This document shows, piece after piece, positions 24,528-34,446 of a stretch of DNA of 64,000 bases. The position numbers and the translations under genes were made by a program. This stretch comes from Trichoplax adhaerens. Taxonomy: Eukaryota; Animalia; Placozoa. The stretch covers positions 1,697,983-1,761,982 of the forward strand of contig NW_002060948.1 of NCBI RefSeq assembly GCF_000150275.1. The letters run 5' to 3'. The notes under the pieces are model-generated. The model did not search any database, was not told the origin of the DNA, and was given only the letters and a program-made list of their open reading frames with translations. Each line of letters opens with the position of its first letter. Position 1 is the first letter of the stretch.

Positions 24528-24779
24528 TATCCTGTAGGAAGGCAATCGAACAATGACAGAATATACGTATAGCCTAGTAAATAGTGCTGAAATACACTAT
24601 GTTTTACCCTTTAAGCCCCTTCAAATAAATTGAATTTCAAGCGATTTCATCTCAATTTTAACATTCTAACTGCAATCTAAAATACAGTGCCATCTTTGAT
24701 AGCCAATTGATGGATTCTAACGTTTAGAGTAGAGAAGCATGGACGCCATGGACGACAGTACTAGATGGTCTTCTGGTTG

Positions 24780-25135
24780 TAGTCTACAGTACAGTAGGCA
24801 CTAAGTGATAGGACTACTACTAACGTAATAGACCGCACTATACACTATATAGCTATTTCAGCGATGTCAGTGTACAGTGTACAGTACGAGATCTTGGTCT
24901 TGTTACTACAGTGTACAGTATTTTACTGTACAGTACAGTACTGTACTATACTGTACTGTAGGATCAAGATACTGTACGAACTATCATACCGAACCGCACC
25001 GTACCGTACCGTACCGTGCTCGGCGTAGCAACCGTAAAGTACTGTACTTACTGTACATTGTACGCTGTTATTAAGCAGGCTATCACTAGACTGCATGCTG
25101 ATTGGCTAATTTCACACGTTGGAATAATTCAAATC
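24780..25135. promoter_or_regulatory. Promoter-like motif cluster: (TACAG/TACTG/TACCG)n tract, CCAAT box, CHR-like hexamer
   Basis: Dense TACAGTACAG/TACTGTAC and ACCGTACCGT runs; CTGATTGGCT around 25098-25107; TTCAAA at 25128-25133; about 1.3 kb upstream of the Spindly ATG, which is preceded by an intron acceptor. Confidence 0.45.
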
Positions 25136-25147
25136 GATCGAGGACCT

Positions 25148-25212
25148 CCTTCCATACTAAACCATAATATGTTGATCAATCCTTCCAAACTAAACCATAA
25201 CATGTTGATCAA
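25148..25212. repeat. 33-bp tandem duplication
   Basis: CCTTCCA.ACTAAACCATAA.ATGTTGATCAA at 25148 and 25181. Confidence 0.9.
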
Positions 25213-26450
25213 GGTTTTTTTGGTGGATAGAAATTTTTCTTGCTTCTACTTTGCACTGTATTATTAGTATCATTGCTGTTTATCATTGAATCTCATTGGA
25301 TAGAGAGCTGCGAACAGACAGGATTGACTATTTCATATTCAAGTATTTCCCTATTCTCTCGTTCATTCTTGTAGAGACGTCGTAGAACCTCCTGATTGAA
25401 ACTGATTGGAAACAAATCAAACGGTAAGATGTGATATTCAGAGTAATATTGAAATTCAAAAGTGAGTCCATGATTTATATGCCAATAAAACAGTAAGTAA
25501 CGAGCAATATTATTATCCATCGTATGTGTCACTAGCCATCATCTACTGTACACCGTCTTGACAACTTTTGATATTGCTACAGATTTCAACATTTTTTCCT
25601 GTTCCCATTGAATATTCAGTAGCATGTTGATATTTAGTCGAAGACTGTAATACGATGCCTTTACAATCTGGATCTACAATAGAGCCGTAAATTATTGAAT
25701 AATGTAGGAGTCGAATATCCATGTTAATCCATTGATAATGACACTATATCTTTTACAAGAGGAATAAACCTAGTAATGGCCTGCTTTCATTTAAAATACT
25801 GCACGGTACAACTACGCTTGATCAAATCAAACCACTTCGCGGATATTTGACCTGCCTTCTGAGTAGAATGCTTTACCTACTATAACTATACTGTAATATG
25901 CGCGCAAACGATTAGTGGCTGATCAAGAGGATCAGTAGAATACGCCGATAAAATTATGATGAGCTCTATCGTCATGATAAACTTTGACTTTTATGGCTAA
26001 TTGCTATCGTACTAGGCCTAAAATGGCACACTACTGGCAAAATTGTTACGTATTGCTTATATAGTGCTGACTAACAACTCAAGAAATACCCTGAGAGTAG
26101 ACAAAAACATGTGTTACTGTACAGTAGAGCACTCGTATATCGATTATGTGAACAAAATGCGTATGTGAATCGGATCTGCCTCCATTATAAAGGTATAAAA
26201 TCGGGAATCTCCGCTTACAGTTTGCGGTGAAGTATTGAAATAGGCTGTCTGCTATAGAGTATTCAGTATATACGATAAGATACAGCATCATGTCCTTTCT
26301 GTAATACTATCCTGTCACCTTACACAACTACTATATTCAATTTTGAAATTAGAGTCGAAATGACTCATTTACAGTGTATCACCTTAACTTGTACCTATTC
26401 TATGGACGCGTATAGAATAATTAATTATTGATCAATTTTTAGATTCAACC

Positions 26451-28172
26451 ATGGCTACCGAGAAAGCATTGCATGATGAAATTGATAGGCTTACCAAACT
26501 TCTTGCTAACAATGAAGAACAACTAGCTTTGGCAGCTCAAATTGGCCAACAGTTACTAACCGATAATGAAGAAACAGAAACTCGCTTCGAAAAATTAAGA
26601 ATTGAATCAAATCAACGTATCGAAGAATTAGAACAAGAAAATCATATTTTAAACTTACGAAATCAAACTATTAAATGCAAATATGAAGATCTTGCTAATG
26701 ATATGGATATTCTAAAAGGTCGACATGATGAAGATGTTGCTAAAAAATGCCAGGAATTAAATGAAGAGTTTAAAAAGCAAATGTCAAAAATAACAAGACA
26801 ATCTGAAACAGCAGCTGAGGAAGCTGATCGTTATCGCACATTAGTAAGTCAACTAAATGAAAAAGTTGAGGTGTTACAAAAAATGGTCACCGAAGAACGA
26901 AATCACAATCAAGAAGAACTTACCACCAATGACGACAATAGCGAGTTACTGGAAGAATTACAACTCAATTTAGCCAAAGCAGTTGAAATCAATAAAGATA
27001 TGGAGTTGGAAAATGTCGATTTACGTCATGACAAAGATTGCTTAAATCTAAAATTAGAATCAGCTGGTAAAGAAGTTAAATCATTACAAGAATATCAGGA
27101 AATAATAGAAACAGAAGTAGATACTTGGAGAACTAAATATAACGACATTCGGATTGAGTTAGCATCAGCAAGAGAACAACTGATGGACTACCAAAGTAAT
27201 TCTAATTATCAAAGTAACCCCAGCAAATCGTTATTTTCTGAAGTTGAAGATCAAAGAATTCAATTAGAAGGAAGTTACAAATGTTTAAAAGTAAGATTTG
27301 ATACTTTAGAAAAGCAATATAACGACTGCAGACAGCAAATGCAACAGCTGAAAAGTCGATATTCAAGCTTACTTGCTATGGGTAGCTTTAAAGCGGATGA
27401 AGCCAAAATGAAGAATTTAGAGCAAAATCTTTCACAAAGCGAGGCTGATCGTCGAACGTTATCCATCAAAGTACAAGAATTAGAAGAGCAACTTCAAGCT
27501 GTCACCAATAGTAATATTGAGCATGCAAAATGTTTAGAATCGGTCAATTTAAGTGAAAAAGACTATATTGATTTCCTTCGTCGCGATCTCAAAGAATATA
27601 AAAGTAAATTTTGTAAATTATCCAAAGAAATTGAATCCTTACGGTTAATGAATGCTAGTGAATCGCAAAAATTACGACAAACTGAATATTCGTTATCAGA
27701 AGCGCAAAAAATTGCTGACAAACTTAAAGTTGATAATTTAAGAATCCGTTCCAAGTTGGAAGAAGAAATAATCAAGAGAAAAAAATTACAGTATGAATTA
27801 GATGTCAAGCGAGAGCAAAATTCCAAGAAAATAGGAAATAATGACGGCAAAAGTTCCCAACAAAAAGAAAATCATCACAATAATATCAACAGTGACATTG
27901 AACAAGCAAATCTAATGAAAGCTACTGGAAAAAACTATCGGAAGGACCTTCTTGAGACTAAACAACCAGTTACAAAACATGTAAAATTTGCTGAAACTAC
28001 TACTATCCATTATCAGCCTTTACAGGAAGTAAATGATGAATCGATCAATACTTCTAATGTTGATGACAGCGATCCAGGAAATTTACAACGAGATATACGA
28101 AATAAGCCGAAGCGTAATATAATCCACGTTCCAGCAATCGACGATAACCCAAACAACTGTAAACAGCAATAA
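26451..28172 (+). CDS. SPDL1: Spindly (kinetochore dynein adaptor), single-exon CDS, 573 aa
   Basis: Coiled-coil ORF with the CC1 box LAAQIGQQLL, Spindly motif SKSLFSEVEDQR and C-terminal CaaX CKQQ (human CPQQ). TTTTTAG just upstream of the ATG suggests a 5'UTR intron. Confidence 0.92.
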   Translation: MATEKALHDEIDRLTKLLANNEEQLALAAQIGQQLLTDNEETETRFEKLRIESNQRIEELEQENHILNLRNQTIKCKYEDLANDMDILKGRHDEDVAKKCQELNEEFKKQMSKITRQSETAAEEADRYRTLVSQLNEKVEVLQKMVTEERNHNQEELTTNDDNSELLEELQLNLAKAVEINKDMELENVDLRHDKDCLNLKLESAGKEVKSLQEYQEIIETEVDTWRTKYNDIRIELASAREQLMDYQSNSNYQSNPSKSLFSEVEDQRIQLEGSYKCLKVRFDTLEKQYNDCRQQMQQLKSRYSSLLAMGSFKADEAKMKNLEQNLSQSEADRRTLSIKVQELEEQLQAVTNSNIEHAKCLESVNLSEKDYIDFLRRDLKEYKSKFCKLSKEIESLRLMNASESQKLRQTEYSLSEAQKIADKLKVDNLRIRSKLEEEIIKRKKLQYELDVKREQNSKKIGNNDGKSSQQKENHHNNINSDIEQANLMKATGKNYRKDLLETKQPVTKHVKFAETTTIHYQPLQEVNDESINTSNVDDSDPGNLQRDIRNKPKRNIIHVPAIDDNPNNCKQQ

Positions 28173-29536
28173 TTATTGTGATTCAATCAATTATAGTTAC
28201 AGCATCTAATTTGCGAGCATGGGAGTAAAACTAAAGCCTTGAGCTTTTTCCAACATACGGTATAATTTGTATATAAAGTATGTTTTATATACCCTACTGG
28301 ATTACCTTGATATTGAATTTTTAGATAGGCCATGATATGCTCGAATAATTTGATAAAATTGGAGACAATAATTGTATTCTTATCGTTCTATCATATTTCA
28401 CTAAGTCTCATAATAATTTATGATCGTTACGCTAGAAAGTGTATTGCAAACAACGAATGCAAATTAAATTGATTCTATGCTACTTAATTACTTAGCTTTT
28501 CAATTATAAGATTAAATATTGCATCAAGGCTAAAGCTTAAAAAGAAATTTAAAATCTGTGAAAGCAAAAATATTTGTCTCGAAAGTTCAGTCGCATATAT
28601 AATGTTGTACGGGTAGAGTATACCATATCGCTTTATTGTATTTTTATACTGTACACATACGCGTATGTTATAACTAGATTCTAAGTTACTTTTAGAAAAC
28701 TAGTTGCAATTTATATGGTTGATATCCGTAAAATATAAAAGTGCAAGTTAATCTACATATTCGATTAAACTATACAGGGTCTTTATTGTTAATGTGATAA
28801 TACAAGGAACCAATTTTTTGAAGCAATCCACATACAATACTACTGCATATGAATGCGTAATACCAACGGCAATGCATCAAGATAAAAACAACTTAATGCA
28901 TGACAACTGCCCTAGAAACTGCTTAGCTATCACTTAGCAAACAAATAACATACAAGTATTGGCGTAGGCTTCCATTTGTTTAAAAATTCATTATGTTATC
29001 AATTATCTTGCAATATAACCGCTTCTATAATTATCAAACTGAACGAAATATGCAGTTCTCAACAACCAAAACTAAACACGTGAAATCTTTCGCTTATGGT
29101 AATACAAATACCAAACAATACCATCAGTTTTGGTACCTACATTTATACAGATATAAAGCCAATGCAAAAACTGATTAATTTCATTTTCATTGTTATTAGA
29201 TAAAATAATTGCAAAAGGCAAAAAGCGTATGCTTAAAACTGACATAGAAAGTATGATTTTATGATTCTTCGTACATAAAGCAAGGAGAAACTTTATCATG
29301 TTAAGAACTCTCACATTTTCATGTGACAGAGATTTGAATACCGGATGTATCAAAATTTTAGCATAAATAAACAAAATTTGCGCATTTGGACTGCACTATT
29401 AACAGTTTATAGGTTTATCTTGAATATCATATGTGATATCGGTATATAACCTAAATATTTTAAATTGTTTTATATTAAACATAGTTAACTAATGCAGGAT
29501 AGCATGAATTACTAGTAAACCAGAACGAAAAGATTA

Positions 29537-32281
29537 TTATCTTCGTCCAGTAAAAGGATCTACAGGCTCCAATATTCTACCAGTTACGGGATCGATACGA
29601 TTAGGAACGGTAGAATTTGCGTTCTATAAGATAGAATAATTAAATTAGGACATCTTGAGAATGGTGGTAGACGTTACAATTTAAAATAGAAGCTATTATG
29701 CTTACATTAACTGCATGACTCTGATCCATTTGATTATTTAGCTGGTTTGATGCTGAATGATCGGTTGCTGCACTACGAGTTGGCGATGAATTATTATTAT
29801 TCATATAGTCTGGAGTTTCTGGTGACTCCGTAGCTCCTTTTTAAGGAATAAATTGCGTTAGTTCAGCTAAGCATGTTAACAAACACCCATATACGGTATA
29901 TGATTGAAAATCTCTGGTACTTTAATTCACTAAGAATTTACCGTAGTCCATATCCGATTGATCAGGAATTATATCAAAGTCGTCACAGTCCAGGCTGGAA
30001 CAATCATTAAGGACAATAAAGCTGTATACTCTCATAGTGCTATGAATATCATGTTGACAAGCATGTAACCTACTCAATTATTCAATCCATTACTGAAATA
30101 ATAGTATCTGAAATGAATCAGCATATATATACAGTATATATCAAAATAGAATGATAGTACGTTGCAAAACTATTTGTCAATCTACTGTAGTTATAAGTTT
30201 TAATTTGAGCAGGATACAGTAACTGTCTAGACGAATTGGGTTTCTTTTTTCTATTAAATTTATTGGCCAACTGGTAAAACTTTTCTCTCGTACCTAAGAT
30301 GAAACGAAAGCATTGCGCTCAATTTAATACGCCGGTCAATTTATCACCACTTTCATTTTTGTAGATTGCTTTACTGATTCTATGCATTATTACTAGAGCC
30401 GGACTTGTTCTTATTTTAGAATAATCTTTTAATACGATTATATTAATTATGCTATCCGCTAACTTGATCCCATAGTCTTGAGTTTTTCCCTAAATTCCGC
30501 GGTAGATAGTTTTTTCTTATTATAAGATTCATCTTCATCACGACCACCAACGGCTCCTGCATCTTCGGTATTTCTAGCAATTACTTCTGTTGGAGGTATA
30601 GTATGTTGTTGTGGTAGTTGTTGGTATTGTTGCTGTGGTCGATCGCCTTGGCGCCGCGAACGTCGATTATGATGATTATGCTCTAAAATGTATATCAGAA
30701 GTTACGAATGAATGGACGATATAGCCGTATATAGCTGGCATAATTTTATTTTCGAAAACAAATTTGCCTTTAATTACTTTATCATTCATTGATATACTGT
30801 ACTGTAGTAGTTGTATATAATCGGGTCAATTTATATTATTCATACACTATCAGCAGCCTGCATTTATTTCAGTTTTTAGGGCATCGAAATAACTAAGAAA
30901 TGTAAGTATCAAACGGAACGTCAATTAAATTGATATTATCAACCATGAACTCAATCATTCAGTTGCTTATAATTATACAGTATAACTGATTGTGATGATT
31001 GCTTGATGCGATTACTTTTATCGGATGTTAAAAGATATTCGTTACTTACTACGGTTTCATAACCTTATTGCCCTAATTGAATTAAACTAATTGATAAGAT
31101 GACTCAAAAACTTTTAGTGTAGAGCTTCCATATCCATTACAGAACGAGAAAGTAACAACAGCAGAATAATATCAACCAATTTTTCTTTCACAGAGCCATA
31201 ACATACAGTGGAGTACAGGTTTAACTACAGAAAGTGCATTTCCATCAAAAGAGATGCTTTCTATTATTTCCAGTTTCATGCACGCCTAAGCATATGACGT
31301 ATAATAAAGTACTTTGAGATTAATTGACGTTCTAATTTATTTCTTGCATTACTCTTTCTCACTTTTAAATTAATTACCAGACATATCGGCGAAAATTGAG
31401 TATTAACACTATAAAATTTGCCTAGTACTGACATGTAATCTAGTCGTCCATGTGACGTTATTCAAATCGATATGGCTACGTTATCATTGATTACATTATA
31501 CTGTAGTAAACAATCGATATTTTAAAAATGTTGAAAACGACATTATATTGCAGCTCATTGATGAACTACAATTGATAGGCAATATTTTACAAAGTATGTC
31601 CATACCGGTTTCTAAGCTTCGAACAAAGTCTTCGTTACTTTGTAGATGACGCATAAATTCTTCATTCTGTAGCCATTTGGCTAATCGTTCATCTTCCATC
31701 ATTTGTAACGCAACAGGATCATACGTTGGTGTCTGACGGTGACTACTACGTGTGGGCTTAATACGTAAGAAATCATCGGGTAATCGACCAACTAATGGAG
31801 GATGATATTTTGAAGTATAAGTCGTAGGCCTACCGGCATTATTATTGTTATGAAGGTTCAGATTATTGTCGTAGATGTTGTTATCACGATTATTATTGTT
31901 ATTGCCAAAGGACTGATCGATGGATAAGAGCATGTCAGGATGATTATTTTCTGTCGATCCGAGCGGCAAATTAGTGCTATTGGATGAAGTGTCTGTATTG
32001 GCCGATAAACTTACAATTTGAGGTTGATCGCCACCCGTAAGTATTTCATCCGTAGGCGATGAATCAGTCATGACCAATAATTTATCGATAGTTCGTTGTA
32101 TATGGCCATTACACGAGCGTAATACAGCTTCAATAATCGAGCGATCCATGGTTGGAAACATGGTAGAAAAATTTTCCATCGCTTCTTGAAAGCCTAATCG
32201 AGGCCGATTACGCGATCGTGATTGTTCACTACCAGGTGGGTAGCTAGACAACGTTGATGTTGGAATATGCGATGTAGACAT
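29537..32281 (-). CDS. CUEDC1: CUE domain-containing protein 1
   Basis: Exons 32281-31606, 30682-30464, 30293-30218, 29994-29942, 29836-29706, 29623-29537 join in frame. CUE domain FQEAMENFSTMFPTMDRSIIEAVLRSCNGHIQRTIDKLL; family motifs PPLVGRLPDDFLRI, EDERLAKWLQNEEFM, FREKLKTMGSSTREKFYQLA. Confidence 0.92.
29995..30217 (-). other. U12-type (minor spliceosome) GT-AG intron in CUEDC1
   Basis: 5' splice site GTATCCTG at 30217, branch sequence TCCTTAAT (30013-30006) ending 11 nt before the end of the intron (CAG); the phase-2 join keeps the frame (SRQLL-LDCDDF). Confidence 0.75.
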
Positions 32282-32699
32282 GATGCTTCAAAATGATCCC
32301 AAAAATGGACTCTGTTCTAAATCGTATAATAACAAATAATAATTAATGAATAGTATATGGTTGAATGGCGATAACGATCTCCGATTTTTTTTTGGAGGAG
32401 GGGGGAGATTATTCTTAGGCTTTGCAATAATATTATTTGTCGATAAAGAGAATGATAGATAGTAATTCTCTCTCTCTTTCCTCCTTTCTTCCTTTCTAAA
32501 GCGTCCAAGTACTACCAAGGGCCACTTTGATTTCTTATTTTAACAAGTCCACGTACAATGTAAAGTAATCGAATGACTAACTAGATTTAGAGTTCTCGAG
32601 ATTAGTTTTGTCTCGATGATGGGACCGGATAGCCTTTAGGGGTATGTCTTGATCCATAGTCACGCATCACTCCTTTGCTATCATCGGTACCACTTGGCT

Positions 32700-32835
32700 G
32701 TGATAGATACTGAAATGGATTGTGAATCGTACCGTACCGTACCGTGCCATACCGTAACGTGCCATACCGTACCGTATCATGCGCAAGGCGGTCCAGTCTG
32801 CCAGTCAGAGAATAGTCTTCTTCTTCTTCTTCTTA
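32700..32835. promoter_or_regulatory. (TACCG)n pentamer tract and (CTT)n run upstream of CUEDC1
   Basis: CGTACCGTACCGTACCGTGCCATACCGTAACGTGCCATACCGTACCGT at about 32728-32776, roughly 450 bp upstream of the CUEDC1 ATG. Confidence 0.4.
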
Positions 32836-34005
32836 TGCGCGAATGCATGAGGGCATGATTCATACTCTATCCTTAGCACTGCTAGGCTACAGCTGTTGAT
32901 GGCATCAAAACAAATAGCCAGTCTACAACCTCCTTTTTTGATCATAGGATTATATCTTGTAGAAGGTCGCAAACATGGCGCTTTATTTGTAGAGTACAGT
33001 ATGCTAGAAGGCTAACACAGCAATTCTTTGGGCGTAGTTTTCCAATGACGTAATCGTTGTTCCCAGGGACCAGCTTGGAGACTGATCAATGGATGTCAGC
33101 ACTACCGATCCCTGTTCACTAGAAAATCAACATATAATACTATATAGAGACTAGATTAAGTCATCCCAAATGTTTCTTTCCTTTAAAATCTCCCTATACT
33201 GCCCTACAGTTCAGTTGACCTTCAACAATTCGGCCAACTTAAAATGAAAAGGTGGTCAAATTGGCCGAAGCTGAGGATAGATTATATTATAGAAAGCTGT
33301 ACACTAGTATGGAAATATATATATATATACTCCACTAGAGATTTTAAAGTCTTTTCTATCGAAAACTATAGAGTATGGTTTACTGTCATGCAGTAGCCCT
33401 CTTGACCTTTTGCAACTTTGGAAAACATACAGTAGACACGGTAAGAATAAAATCATATTTGCGGCATAAAGAAGTATGCTCAGCATGGAATGATATTAGG
33501 GTAGCCCAACGATCAAGCGACCGACCTATCGAGTATCAACTCAGTGTACTGTACAGTGGACAAGAGCACTTTCAGAATTTTTCTCTTGGAAGTCTATGAC
33601 TGTTTCAGATGTTGACTGGATGTTTCAGATATATTGGAGGCGTTTCAGCACATAATCCGAAACATCAAGTATAAACCTGCAGGATCTAACACGCAATCAC
33701 GGATTACTAGAAATTATCTTAGGATCAGGTCTCTTCCTAGTGATGCTGTACAGTGTATTACTACTCATGCAGTGATAACTACTACTGTATGAACCATTAT
33801 GCCAGAAGAAAACTAGCTTTTCTCTCCTGTACAATGTACATATTATAAGACAGAAGTATCATTACAACGATGCGCCGAGTCCATTGTACATACTGTACTA
33901 GTAGAGCCCACATTTGCTCTGTCCTACTATGAGTAGTATGCACTTTTTACTTTATGTTATCGTGACAGAAGTACATATATGTATATATATATATAAATAA
34001 ATATC

Positions 34006-34446
34006 AACAGCACCGAGATTATACAACATGTGCTTATTACATCATATTATCGTGGTAAATATCAATGTAAACAGCACCCAGATTATTCAGTATAACCTTT
34101 TTACTTTATATTATCGCGGCAAATATATATATACAGACTGTATAGATATAAATATAAACGGCACCGAGATTGTACTTTATATTATCGTAGCAAATCTCTC
34201 TCTCTCTATATATATATAAACAGCACCGAGATTATACAGTATATCCTTTTACTTTATATTATTGTAGCAAATATATATCTCGTATATGTTAAATGAGCAC
34301 ATTATCGTAAACCGTCAGTAAAGCGACGGGAGTTTGCACTAGTATATGTATGAAAAGTGTCGAGATTATACAGTATGTACTTTTTTACGTTATATTATCC
34401 TGACAAAAATACATACAAGTATGTTTAAATATAAACACCACCGAGA
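34006..34446. repeat. Degenerate ~60-90-bp tandem repeat with AACAGCACCGAGATT core and (TA)n runs
   Basis: Core variants at about 34006, 34070, 34157, 34219, 34358 and 34434, most followed by TTTACTTTATATTATCG. Confidence 0.8.

Noticed and set aside
25931-25980. C/D box snoRNA (ATGACGA..CTGA on the minus strand)
   Set aside because: Only about 44 nt between the boxes, an imperfect C box and no recognisable rRNA guide.
27275-27850. Antisense ORFs within Spindly (and similar ones at 21080, 54304, 59824, 62785)
   Set aside because: Shadow ORFs on the opposite strand of real coding exons.
29837-29850. Second U12 intron in CUEDC1 (TTCCTTAA near the acceptor)
   Set aside because: The donor is a standard GTAAAT and the motif is too close to the AG for a U12 branch point.
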